Virus record (IMG/VR): IMGVR_UViG_3300021560_000017
Origin: an uncultured virus (IMG/VR IMGVR_UViG_3300021560_000017)
Taxonomy: Duplodnaviria; Heunggongvirae; Uroviricota; Caudoviricetes
DNA: 64,000 nt
Reading direction: 5' to 3' (one strand)
Each line of letters opens with the position of its first letter. Position 1 is the first letter of the stretch. The notes below the pieces were generated by a model that was not told the DNA's origin, made no database searches, and saw only the letters and a list, made by a program, of their open reading frames with translations. The translations under genes were made by a program, and so were the position numbers. Positions 1 to 9,054 of the stretch are shown one piece after another.

Positions 1-294
1 ATGGATGAGGCTACCCGTCGCGGTGCGATCTGCGCTGCGTGCCCGTTGAAGGTGCGCTGGAATGAACCTGTCGAGGGCTGCCCGGGTTGTCAGGTGTATG
101 TCGAAGAGGCCGAATCCATGTTGGTCAAGATCCGCGCTAACAAATCGGCGGGAAACCAGCTCTCAGGACTGGCATGCACAGTAGCTGGGCACGATCTTGA
201 AACCGCGTGCTGGCTGGAAGAAGCTGGGCTGCGACACAGGCGAAATTACGAAGGGCAGTTACCACAACATTGCTGGATGCACGATTTGTTATGA
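1..294 (+). CDS. Cys-rich hypothetical protein (probably 5'-truncated by the window edge)
   Basis: ORF with CxxC motifs (CAAC, CPGC, HCW); its stop overlaps the next start (ATGA). Confidence 0.5.
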   Translation: MDEATRRGAICAACPLKVRWNEPVEGCPGCQVYVEEAESMLVKIRANKSAGNQLSGLACTVAGHDLETACWLEEAGLRHRRNYEGQLPQHCWMHDLL

Positions 295-530
295 GTAGGA
301 GTCACGGATGGAAACCGAAGCTCACTTACACGGTGGGCCTGAACGTAACACAGGAACACTGGGATTCGATCTTCAAAAAGCGGTGGTGGTGCTCGGTGCA
401 TAAGCGCGAGGCTACGCATACCAAAAAGAACGGAGATGTTTGTTGTGATCCCACTCTAGGAGGAATTCTTATGCCTTGCCGCGTAATCCCCTTGACGAAT
501 AAATGTGGAAGCAGTAGAAGTTCGAGCTGA
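291..530 (+). CDS. small Cys/His hypothetical protein
   Basis: ATG at 291 overlaps the upstream TGA; WWCSVH...CCDP...MPC. Confidence 0.45.
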   Translation: MSRSHGWKPKLTYTVGLNVTQEHWDSIFKKRWWCSVHKREATHTKKNGDVCCDPTLGGILMPCRVIPLTNKCGSSRSSS

Positions 531-536
531 GTTAAC

Positions 537-1220
537 ATGCCATTTGGCCCTTCTCCCGCTCAGCCAGCAGGAGCACCATCGGCAGGGCCGAAACAACCGC
601 GAGATCACTTCGCGGAATACGTCAACCGAAACGCTTACATCCCGATGTGGTTGCACCCAGATCTGGCTGCGGGTGTTCTTCAGCACTTCGGTAGAGACGG
701 ATCAGCACTTGTGCATCCGCATCCCGGGTCGGTCGGCTTTCCTGACGGGCAACCTCAAGGCATGCAGGCTGGCGGTGCCGTCGCACCACAGGTCGGAGTG
801 GGCAGACGCGGAGACGTTTCACCTCAACCACCGACTGGGCCTGCATCCATCGCGGCGGCTGCTACAGCAGCTGCTCCGCTTGCTGGAATGCCTGTTCGTC
901 CCGTTCTCAGTGCGCAAGGAGCGGCTGGTCGCTCGATCTTTGGTGGCGGGCCTATTGGCACAGGCGGCCCCGCGCAACAGCAACCAGCATTTGTGCAGAG
1001 CGGCGCGGTGATGGACGGCAGGGGCGGCGCGGGCCGTGTGCCCGGGCAGCCAGTCCCCGCCAGTCAGAAGGAAGGTCACGACACGGTGCACGCGATGCTC
1101 GACCCGGGCGAACTGGTGGCCAACCAGAAGCAGCTGCGCGGAATACAGGTCAGGCCGGGCAAAGGACATCTTCTACGATCAGACCAAAAGAAGGCGATCA
1201 AGAATGCCTCTCGAAAGTAA
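537..1220 (+). CDS. Gly/Pro-rich putative virion protein with xxGG and 'DTVHAMLDPGELV' motifs
   Basis: MQAGGAV, plus a D-x-V-x-A-M-L-x-P-G-E-x-V motif of the kind seen in tape-measure/internal virion proteins; upstream of the portal. Confidence 0.55.
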   Translation: MPFGPSPAQPAGAPSAGPKQPRDHFAEYVNRNAYIPMWLHPDLAAGVLQHFGRDGSALVHPHPGSVGFPDGQPQGMQAGGAVAPQVGVGRRGDVSPQPPTGPASIAAAATAAAPLAGMPVRPVLSAQGAAGRSIFGGGPIGTGGPAQQQPAFVQSGAVMDGRGGAGRVPGQPVPASQKEGHDTVHAMLDPGELVANQKQLRGIQVRPGKGHLLRSDQKKAIKNASRK

Positions 1221-1401
1221 AGCGCAGGGCCGATTCCTTAACTGGAAATTTGGCCACGATTGGGTAAAGCGACATCACTTTGGTGGCAGCCAGAAAGGTC
1301 TTCCGCAGCACGTAAAGAAGCAAGGCGGCGGCGTCATCGCCGACATCGGTAAACAGAAGGATCACATGACCTTCAAACAGATGGGGATCAAACATGGCTA
1401 A
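1204..1401 (+). CDS. small basic phage protein (MPLESKAQGRF...LPQHVK)
   Basis: ATG at 1204; MPxxSKAQxR...LPxxVK pattern common in small phage proteins; KQGGGVI motif. Confidence 0.55.
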   Translation: MPLESKAQGRFLNWKFGHDWVKRHHFGGSQKGLPQHVKKQGGGVIADIGKQKDHMTFKQMGIKHG

Positions 1402-1888
1402 ACTATCAACTGCAGCGCGGCAAAAACTGCCGAGTTCGTCCTTCGCACTGCCCGGGAAAGGGACAGGCAAAGGCGGCAAAGGAAGCGGATCATATCCAAT
1501 TCCAGACCCAAGCCACGCGAGGAACGCGCTCAGTCGCGTATCCGCGCACGGCACACCATCGGAGAAAGCAACCGTGAGAGCAAAAGTGCACAAAAAGTTC
1601 CCAAGCATCGGTAAGAAACAATTCGGCGGCACGGTCACACCGAAACTCGGCGGTTCAATGACGCCGCGATTACCGAAAGCACCAACGCTCATGGGCGCGC
1701 CGCGCGCGCCACGGCCGAAGCCGCTCGCGCCGCGTGTGCCCGGACGTCTGTCGAGCACCGCTGGCATGAAGTCGGGTGGTGTTAAGGGCTACCGTCACGG
1801 CGGCGTTGTCAGAGGATCTGGAGATCCAAAACCAGCAACCTGCGGGAACCTATCTGGGCCGAAAGGCGGCGTCGGCCCATTCAAATAA
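1394..1888 (+). CDS. basic phage protein (AKLSTAARQKLPSSSFALP...YPIPDPSHARNAL family)
   Basis: recognisable LPxSxFA...YPIPDxxHARNALxRV domain found in head modules; several xxGG motifs. Confidence 0.7.
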   Translation: MAKLSTAARQKLPSSSFALPGKGTGKGGKGSGSYPIPDPSHARNALSRVSAHGTPSEKATVRAKVHKKFPSIGKKQFGGTVTPKLGGSMTPRLPKAPTLMGAPRAPRPKPLAPRVPGRLSSTAGMKSGGVKGYRHGGVVRGSGDPKPATCGNLSGPKGGVGPFK

Positions 1889-2194
1889 GGAGGACACACA
1901 TGGCAAAAGCACTGGCTGGAGTTAAATACAAAGGGATGAGTTCGCAGCGCGGCAGCGAGCGACCTCACACGAAAGGCACTGCCAAGGGCGGCGGCCGAGC
2001 AGGCCCACCGATGGTGGATGTCGGCAGCAAAGCAGGCGCGAAAAAGCTCGTGCAACCGCAGCGGAAAGCTCGTGGTGGCAGGTTCACTGCATTTGGATCT
2101 GTCTCGGAGCGGCACAGTCATTCTGGCCCGTCCGATCATCCCACGATTGGAAGCCCATCGAACCGCAAAGGCGGCGTCGGCCCATTCAAATAAG
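1862..2194 (+). repeat. 28-bp exact direct repeat AAAGGCGGCGTCGGCCCATTCAAATAAG (1862-1889, 2167-2194)
   Basis: read directly; encodes the identical C-terminus KGGVGPFK-stop of two adjacent genes. Confidence 0.95.
1900..2193 (+). CDS. small basic Gly/Lys-rich protein
   Basis: SD AGGAGG before ATG; shares its C-terminus with the upstream gene. Confidence 0.75.
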   Translation: MAKALAGVKYKGMSSQRGSERPHTKGTAKGGGRAGPPMVDVGSKAGAKKLVQPQRKARGGRFTAFGSVSERHSHSGPSDHPTIGSPSNRKGGVGPFK

Positions 2195-2211
2195 TCGGTC
2201 GTCACGCTGGT

Positions 2212-4677
2212 ATGGCCGCATCTTTTACCAGCCTTGTCGCTAGCCCGGGCTCTCCCGAAATCAAGGGCACTGGCGTCAATGTCCCCAACATCGAGAAGGA
2301 CACGCTCAAGGTACGCAACCCAGCGATTCTCGACGGCTCTCAGGCATGGAGTGTCTACGTCAGTCTGGAGACGAGTAACAGGAATCGCACCTCGGTTAAC
2401 AGCGAGTTAGACGCGCGTTACTTCGGCAAGCAACCGCACGACAATGAGGCGCTGAGAGCGGCCAATCAGGGCTGGCGCAGTAATTTCCCGACGCTCGCGC
2501 TCGCTGGCATGATCAATCAGGTCGTCGGCCGACTGGTGTCTGTCATTGATAATCTGCGTACGCTGACGAACTCGAAGCTGCGCTACGGCGACGAGAAGGT
2601 TAAGGCCGACATGGAGGAGAAGACGCGCAAGTTTCAGGATGGCGTCACCCAGACCATACGGCGTTGGCGCGGGTGGCGCGCACTGGTCACGTCCATCTGC
2701 AAGGAGATCGTGCTGATCGGCTATGCATGTCCTGCCAGCGTCGATCAGTTCGAATGGCGGCCGCGTTTCTACCGCAGTGACAATGCGTTCATCGCAGAGG
2801 GCAGCGCACAATACCCAGAGAGCGTCCAGACGGCTGGTTTCAAGCAGTCAGTGCTGATCCACGAACAGTTCGATTACATTTCTAAGAGCAGGGACGAGGA
2901 CGGCGAGGTAAATGAGGCGGAAAGCCGCGACATCGCGGAGGTCGCAGGCTGGAATGTGGAGGCCGTTGTTGATGCTCTGAATAACTCGATGCCCAAGCAG
3001 CCCACACGGGATGCAAACGCCAATGCCGCACGCGTTTACCAAGACATGGCGCGTGAGATTAACTTGGGAATGAGTTACCAGACTGGCTCGAAAGTGGTTG
3101 ACTGGGCGATCCTGCTCGCGCAGGAAACCGACACTGGGAAGGTTTCGAAATTCGTCATCAATCGGAACCAGTCACACCAGACGCTGTTCCAGAAGCACAG
3201 CCTGTTCGATTCGATGGCGGATTGCATTCACCTGTTCACGCTGGAGCCCGGGAACCTCGCCTACTACGGCTCCAAAGGCATGGGCCGCACGCTGGTGAAC
3301 ATCACGACCGCGATGGATGTGGCGGCCAACGACGCCGTCGATGCCTTCCGTCTGAGCGGGCTCAAGACGCTGATCGCGGATGCCAAGGGCGGAATCAACG
3401 CGCAGATCCGCGTGACCAATCCGTTCGTTCAGGTCACGACCGACGCGCAGCTGGGTGAACAGGATTTCCAATTCAAGGCTGAGAATTTTGTGGTGCTTTA
3501 TTCAAAGCTCGGCGACATCGCGCAGCTGGCGGCAGGCGAGTACCTGCCTAACCAGTTGTCGGAGACTAAGCCGGGCAAGGATCGCACGGCTACCGAGGAA
3601 ATGATCGACCGCCAGCGCGAGGTCGAGGCGCAACAGGCGTTTGTCGCGCGTTTCCTCGGTCAATTCTACGACATGATCTTCCCGATGCAGAAGCGCCTGC
3701 TCGATCCAGACAGCCCTGACGAGGAGGCGCAGAAGCTGCAGCAGATGCTCCTCAAGGAGGGGCTCACCCGTGCAGAGATCGAAGAGCTGCGGATGACCCC
3801 GTGCGTCGAATCGATTCAGGATCTGGCGCAGATCGCATGGCAGCAGATCTCCAGTCTCTACATGATCTACAAGGGCAATCCGTTCGTCGATCAGATCAAG
3901 CTGCTCAAGAAGGACATCGCCGCGCGCAGTTCACCGCAGATCGCCGACGAGCTGGTGCTGCCCGATGGAGTAGATCCAACCAGTGCCGCCGAGAACAGGC
4001 GCTTGCAGGTACTGGAATCGGCCGCGATGCAACTGGGAGATCCCGTGGAGGTCGGCCCGCGCGACATGGACAAGGTGCATCTGGACGTGATCGACATGCA
4101 AACGCAGCAGGCGATCCCGGGCATCATCGCCAAGGTACGACAAGGCGGCCCAGAGCTGGAAGGCATCATCAGAAACCTGCAGCTGCTCTCGGCCCACGCC
4201 GCGATGCACATCCAATCTTGGGAGATCAAATCTGGCAAGGAAGCGATCCAGCAAATCGCACCTTACAAGCAGAAGCAGCAGCAGTTTGAGAACCTTCTCA
4301 AACAAGGCGCGGCCGAGCTGCAACGTTTCAGGACGAAGCAGGCGCAGGCGATGCAGAAGGCACAGGCGCAGGGAGGGAACGGACAGCAGCCGCCCATTGG
4401 AATGCCAGAGCACATCCTCAAGATCACGAGCAGCCTCGATTACAAGAGCGCGCCTGACGACATCAAGCGCCAGATCGAGGCAGCAGCTGGGTTTAGGCCG
4501 AGCACGCAGGGCGCGATTAACGCCGCCATGATCAGAGGTCAGGCTGGGGCTCAGCCTCCACAGACTGGACAGATGGGGCGGGTGCCTTTGGGCTTCCAAC
4601 CACCGATTGGATTCAAACCGACGCCGCCTCCAGCCCCAGCGCCGCCACCAGCACCACCGATGCCAGCGCGTGCGTGA
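2212..4677 (+). CDS. portal protein (podovirus type) with Gln/Pro-rich C-terminal extension
   Basis: 821 aa, helical; YYGSKGMG and RTATEE motifs typical of portals; precedes scaffold and capsid. Confidence 0.75.
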   Translation: MAASFTSLVASPGSPEIKGTGVNVPNIEKDTLKVRNPAILDGSQAWSVYVSLETSNRNRTSVNSELDARYFGKQPHDNEALRAANQGWRSNFPTLALAGMINQVVGRLVSVIDNLRTLTNSKLRYGDEKVKADMEEKTRKFQDGVTQTIRRWRGWRALVTSICKEIVLIGYACPASVDQFEWRPRFYRSDNAFIAEGSAQYPESVQTAGFKQSVLIHEQFDYISKSRDEDGEVNEAESRDIAEVAGWNVEAVVDALNNSMPKQPTRDANANAARVYQDMAREINLGMSYQTGSKVVDWAILLAQETDTGKVSKFVINRNQSHQTLFQKHSLFDSMADCIHLFTLEPGNLAYYGSKGMGRTLVNITTAMDVAANDAVDAFRLSGLKTLIADAKGGINAQIRVTNPFVQVTTDAQLGEQDFQFKAENFVVLYSKLGDIAQLAAGEYLPNQLSETKPGKDRTATEEMIDRQREVEAQQAFVARFLGQFYDMIFPMQKRLLDPDSPDEEAQKLQQMLLKEGLTRAEIEELRMTPCVESIQDLAQIAWQQISSLYMIYKGNPFVDQIKLLKKDIAARSSPQIADELVLPDGVDPTSAAENRRLQVLESAAMQLGDPVEVGPRDMDKVHLDVIDMQTQQAIPGIIAKVRQGGPELEGIIRNLQLLSAHAAMHIQSWEIKSGKEAIQQIAPYKQKQQQFENLLKQGAAELQRFRTKQAQAMQKAQAQGGNGQQPPIGMPEHILKITSSLDYKSAPDDIKRQIEAAAGFRPSTQGAINAAMIRGQAGAQPPQTGQMGRVPLGFQPPIGFKPTPPPAPAPPPAPPMPARA

Positions 4678-4922
4678 TGCCGTTTGATCACTTGAAGAAA
4701 ACGTTTATAGCTAGCTCGATGCCGTTTAGCGTCGAGGTCTCAGAGCACACCAAGTTGATGACGCTCTGCTCGTGGCTGCACAACGAAATCAAACAGCGCA
4801 AGGATCGGCTGGCGTTACTGGAAGGCTGGTCAAAAGAAAAGCTCGAAGGCTACGAACAGGGCTTGATTGACATGGCACTCGACGTTAAGAATGAAATCAA
4901 GAAGCTGGATAAAAAGGAATGA
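4674..4922 (+). CDS. hypothetical protein
   Basis: translationally coupled (GTGA) ORF. Confidence 0.55.
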   Translation: MMPFDHLKKTFIASSMPFSVEVSEHTKLMTLCSWLHNEIKQRKDRLALLEGWSKEKLEGYEQGLIDMALDVKNEIKKLDKKE

Positions 4923-5188
4923 CTCCAGAGAATTGCACGAGCCTGCACGGGTTCCTGCTGGCGATCCCACTGATCGAGGAGCTGCATAAAATGCGGCCGC
5001 CACTCGGCGGCGCTGGGATGGAGGAAACTTACGGGATCTCTAAAAAGCGCGAGGGCTACGAAGCGTGCATGGCTAATATTCTTGCTTTAGCCAACCAAGG
5101 CGTCGGCGCGCCGATCACGTCCCCTTTCATAGATGTACTTCAACACGATCAACCAGTCACTGAACCACCAATAGGGGCACCAGCATGA
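4919..5188 (+). CDS. hypothetical protein (post-portal small protein)
   Basis: ATGA coupling, SD AAGGA. Confidence 0.6.
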   Translation: MTPENCTSLHGFLLAIPLIEELHKMRPPLGGAGMEETYGISKKREGYEACMANILALANQGVGAPITSPFIDVLQHDQPVTEPPIGAPA

Positions 5189-5481
5189 TATCCACCACCA
5201 CTGAATCACCAGATCTCGGACTAAAAGGCAAAGGCGTTGAGCCGCCATCAATCCCGTCAATTGACAAAGCGCTCAAGCAATACGTACTCGATGAGGACGC
5301 AGAGACGCGAGCGTCACTCAAAGCTGGTGAGTCGGCCGACAAACTGTGCGATGAGATGCATAAGCACGCCGACAAGCTGCGCAAGCCCGACGGGTCACTG
5401 GTCTACAAACACGAGGATCGTGTGGTATCGATCACCTTGGGGAACGAAAAGCTGAAGGTGAAGAAAATCGGGGAGAAGTAA
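5185..5481 (+). CDS. hypothetical protein
   Basis: ATGA coupling. Confidence 0.6.
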   Translation: MISTTTESPDLGLKGKGVEPPSIPSIDKALKQYVLDEDAETRASLKAGESADKLCDEMHKHADKLRKPDGSLVYKHEDRVVSITLGNEKLKVKKIGEK

Positions 5482-5483
5482 AC

Positions 5484-6836
5484 ATGCAGATGAGCACCGA
5501 GCAGTCGGAAGCCGAGGCCGCAAAAGCGGCTGAAGCCGACTCCGCAGCTATGGACAAGCTGATGACGGAGACGCTCGATCAGGCACCGCCGCCACCCGAA
5601 ACAGAGCAGCCGCCGCCTGAGACTGAACAGCCACCGCCGCCCGAAACAGAGCAGCCGCCGCCACCGCCACCGCCAGCTGAGACTGAACAGCCGCCCAAGC
5701 CGCCAGAAGGCGAGCAACCGCCACCGCCAGCGGAAGAGCCCGATGAATTCCTGCGGGATCTTCAGAGCAACAAGTACGATCTCCCTGTTGGTTCTACCAA
5801 GAAAGCCCAAGAGGTTAACAAGATCCTGCGCCAGCAGGCGACAGATCGGCACCGCATGTTCCGCACGGTGAGCGTCGAGAAGGACGGGCTGGAAAAAAGC
5901 GTTCAGGATCTTCAAGGCCAACTGGCGACCGCGAAAAAAGCTGCCGAGGAACTGGAACGCTACCGTCCGATTGTCGAGCAGCTGGCGATAGAACAAGATC
6001 CCAAGCTCAACGCCACTTACACCAATCGATTGAGGTCGCTGGAAACTGGGGTCATGGCCAACCTGCGCACATGGGGACTGGAAGAGCCGACCATCAAATA
6101 CATCATGCAGAACGGTGGGCCAGCTTACTTCTCAAAGGACACCACTTCATTTGTCCCAGCGCAAGCTGAGAACGCTGATCCGAATGCGCCAGCAGTTCGC
6201 ATGACGCACAAGCAATTCTGGGATGACAGGATCATGCGACAGCTCGATGACGAGCAGCAGAAGACCTTGGGCCGCGCCTTCGATGACGAGGGGCGTCTGA
6301 GGGACAATCACGCAGCTGAGCTGCGGAGCAGGCTGGCGAATCGCGATCAATACTTCAAAGATCTGCAGGCAACACAGGAACGCAACGAACAGAGTTTCAA
6401 GGCTGAGTGCCTAAAAGAGCTGACCGCGCAACGTGAGGCGCTGGGAGATCTGGCGAAACCGCAGGCGATCCCAACTGGCGCAACACCAGCGCAGAAACAG
6501 CGAGCCGAAGCCTTCAACGCGGCACTGGCTACGGCGGAGGCTAACTTCGACAGCTCGTTCATCGAGACCACGCCGAAGGCACTGGTCGAAAAGAACCTTG
6601 GCCGCCTTCTGCTGCCAAACATGAAGATGCTCCTCGCTCAGAAGGACGAGATCATCGCTGAGAAAGACGCGCAGTACGCGGCGCTGGAGAAAAAGTGGAA
6701 CGCGAGCCTGAAGGCCGCGAACACATCAAATAGACAGTCGGTGCAGCAGCAGCCGAGCAAACCTTTAACTGGAATCGAAACTGAGAAAAACGACGGCAGA
6801 CGGATGGAGATGTTGATGGAGCAGCTCCCCGGGTAG
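5484..6836 (+). CDS. capsid scaffolding protein
   Basis: acidic Pro-rich N-terminus followed by coiled coils; between portal and capsid. Confidence 0.65.
   Translation: MQMSTEQSEAEAAKAAEADSAAMDKLMTETLDQAPPPPETEQPPPETEQPPPPETEQPPPPPPPAETEQPPKPPEGEQPPPPAEEPDEFLRDLQSNKYDLPVGSTKKAQEVNKILRQQATDRHRMFRTVSVEKDGLEKSVQDLQGQLATAKKAAEELERYRPIVEQLAIEQDPKLNATYTNRLRSLETGVMANLRTWGLEEPTIKYIMQNGGPAYFSKDTTSFVPAQAENADPNAPAVRMTHKQFWDDRIMRQLDDEQQKTLGRAFDDEGRLRDNHAAELRSRLANRDQYFKDLQATQERNEQSFKAECLKELTAQREALGDLAKPQAIPTGATPAQKQRAEAFNAALATAEANFDSSFIETTPKALVEKNLGRLLLPNMKMLLAQKDEIIAEKDAQYAALEKKWNASLKAANTSNRQSVQQQPSKPLTGIETEKNDGRRMEMLMEQLPG
5586..5730 (+). repeat. tandem repeat encoding (P)PPPETEQ units
   Basis: alternating DNA units ...CCCGAAACAGAGCAG and ...CTGAGACTGAACAG. 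Confidence 0.85.
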
Positions 6837-6843
6837 GAGACAC

Positions 6844-7593
6844 ATGAACCTGAACAAAATTGTAAAAGCAACGATCAAGAGCCACGGCGAGAACGCGCCA
6901 ACGCATTTCGGCTTTAAGAAAGCGACATTGGATGGCTACATGCGGACTGGTAAGTGGCCGCTCAAGCTAATCAACCAAATCCTCACTGAACAAATGGGGG
7001 CCGTGGGCGCAATGGAAGCTGAGCAGCCGCCACTCGCTCCGTCTGAGCACCTGTTCCCTGACGCTCAGCCAGCTCCAATCGGGCCAGCATTTATGCAGGA
7101 GTCAGTGCAACCTCCTCTTCCGCCAGAACCGCCGCCGACGGTATTGGAGCTGGGACTTGTCCAGCAGCGGCTCAACGAAGTCGCCAAGTACATCCAAGGC
7201 ACCATCGATTTTTACATCAGGCAATACGGCAGCCGCATCACCATGCTTGAAAAGCAGTACCAAATGCTCAGTCAGGCTGCAATGCGTTCAGCTGGGCTTG
7301 GGAACGTCTCACTCGCGCGACCTGATGCGGGTGTCCCAGTCGATCAATGGTTCACCACGAATCCAAACGCAGGCGCGCCACTTGGGGCTGGGCCGTATGC
7401 CCAGCCACGGATGGGTAATGCTTTGGACACTGGTATCGCGCCGACAAGGGAAATGGTGGAGGCGCAGGCCAACATGACCACGCTTGAAGGCGTGCCTGTG
7501 CCCAACGCGCAGCAGGCGCATCCAGCGTTCTACGATCCGAACGCGAAGCCATTCGGTTTCGGCTGGAACGTGCCGCGCCCACCGCGCAGGTAA
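6844..7593 (+). CDS. hypothetical protein with possible N-terminal HTH
   Basis: SD AGGAG; N-terminus resembles an HTH (PTHFGFKKATLDGYMRTGKWP). Confidence 0.55.
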   Translation: MNLNKIVKATIKSHGENAPTHFGFKKATLDGYMRTGKWPLKLINQILTEQMGAVGAMEAEQPPLAPSEHLFPDAQPAPIGPAFMQESVQPPLPPEPPPTVLELGLVQQRLNEVAKYIQGTIDFYIRQYGSRITMLEKQYQMLSQAAMRSAGLGNVSLARPDAGVPVDQWFTTNPNAGAPLGAGPYAQPRMGNALDTGIAPTREMVEAQANMTTLEGVPVPNAQQAHPAFYDPNAKPFGFGWNVPRPPRR

Positions 7594-7601
7594 AATTTCG
7601 C

Positions 7602-7631
7602 TTGACGAATTCTTTAGTAGGGGCGTAACGT
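7602..7631 (+). promoter_or_regulatory. sigma70-like promoter for the major capsid gene
   Basis: TTGACG-18 nt-TAACGT in the intergenic region. Confidence 0.55.
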
Positions 7632-7639
7632 CCGTCCCA

Positions 7640-7780
7640 GCCAGACATCAGCCACGGCTGGTGTGAACAGATCAACGGCTAACATGGCGGCCGTTGAAGC
7701 CCTGTACTCGCGGGCGTCGAAAGCCAGTTAAGGCTTAAGGGGTTGCAGACGGAAGGTCATCCCACCTCGTTTAACCCTAA
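7640..7780 (+). ncRNA. putative structured 5' leader (five consecutive hairpins) of the capsid mRNA
   Basis: stems 7645-7664, 7672-7697 (TCAACGGC/GCCGTTGA), 7699-7715, 7721-7736, 7739-7778. Confidence 0.45.
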
Positions 7781-7808
7781 CTCAAAACCTTAACAGAAAG
7801 ATAACACA

Positions 7809-9026
7809 ATGGCTTATCCCAGCGACATGATCACACCGTCGCAGGTAGTGGACTTGGCCAACAAAGATGCGAACAGGCTCGTCGGCCCAGTCGCAGAATT
7901 TGTTGTGAGGCGCGAGCCCTACTCGAACACGGTGAGTTCTGGAACGCTGCCAAATGTGTCTACCCTCGTTAGGTCAGTAGTTGCCGAGCGTGCGCTCCCA
8001 GCTGCTTCCCTAGCGCGTCCAGTCTTTGTCCCTGACGAACAGATCTGCGGACAAGCGGGCGGCACCACGCAGGTTGGCACGACGGAGTTCCAGTACCAGC
8101 TCAAGACGTTGCGCGAGCGCGGCCCGAAGGTCTGCGTCAAGACAACGAGAACCGCGTGGGCATCTTCCTACCCCGCGATCATCAACTCACTCAAGGAAGC
8201 GATCAAGGAGGTCACTGGTGCGGACATCCGCGCGGCGTACCTCGATCAAGGCGGCTGCAAACTCGTAGCCGATTCAACGGGTGCCTTCACCCAAGACTTC
8301 GCGGGCGACGTGAACGCAGTGGGAACCCTGTTCCCCAACCGCGTCCCCGATTCACCGATGTCGTTCCGTGGCTTGGAATACACGGCGACGTTCATGCGTG
8401 AAACGTTGCAGGTTGACCCCTACGACGGCGAAGACAGTGAAGGCGGCATGCTCTGTATCGCGTCTCAGGATTCGATCCAACTCTTCCGCGATGAGCTGGA
8501 CATCCGCGAGGACATCCGTGCGCTGACGACAGGCCGTTACGCGCTGGGTGAAAACACGATCCAAGGCTACAAATTTCAAGGGCCGTATCATGGCATTGGC
8601 TGGGGCATCGATCCTCGGCCACTGCGCTGCACCACGCTGAACACACAGGTGATCGGCGGCGTGACGTATCTGAACCCAGTCCTGCTGGAGCCATACGTTG
8701 CGGTGCAAGTCTCGACGGGCTTCGCGGCTCGTCCGAACCCTGCATGGATCGGCGCGACGTACGAGTTCATGTGGCTGATCGGGAAGAACGGTTTCCGCCG
8801 TTTGACCCCTGAGAGCTACAAGATCCCGGGCTTCGACTTCAGCGCGCCCATCAGCAACAACGGTCTCCAGTTCCGCCAGCTCATCGACGCTGACGCGAAT
8901 TTCTGGGGAGATTTCGGCCAGCATATTTACGAAATCGCACGAGCTTTTAAACCAGAGCACCCGCACGCGATTTGCGGAATTCTCTACAAGCGGCCGACGG
9001 CCAGCTTGGCACTCTCACCAGCCTAA
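7809..9026 (+). CDS. major capsid protein
   Basis: 405 aa after the scaffold, with its own promoter and an A-rich RBS; composition compatible with an HK97-fold capsid. Confidence 0.75.
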   Translation: MAYPSDMITPSQVVDLANKDANRLVGPVAEFVVRREPYSNTVSSGTLPNVSTLVRSVVAERALPAASLARPVFVPDEQICGQAGGTTQVGTTEFQYQLKTLRERGPKVCVKTTRTAWASSYPAIINSLKEAIKEVTGADIRAAYLDQGGCKLVADSTGAFTQDFAGDVNAVGTLFPNRVPDSPMSFRGLEYTATFMRETLQVDPYDGEDSEGGMLCIASQDSIQLFRDELDIREDIRALTTGRYALGENTIQGYKFQGPYHGIGWGIDPRPLRCTTLNTQVIGGVTYLNPVLLEPYVAVQVSTGFAARPNPAWIGATYEFMWLIGKNGFRRLTPESYKIPGFDFSAPISNNGLQFRQLIDADANFWGDFGQHIYEIARAFKPEHPHAICGILYKRPTASLALSPA

Positions 9027-9054
9027 CAAGGCAAAGGAGGAAAAGGAAAACCAT

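Noticed and set aside
7640..7780. tRNA or known riboswitch (also considered for 25569-25679)
   Set aside because: No TTCRA T-loop in cloverleaf context, no CCA end and no aptamer consensus that I recognise.
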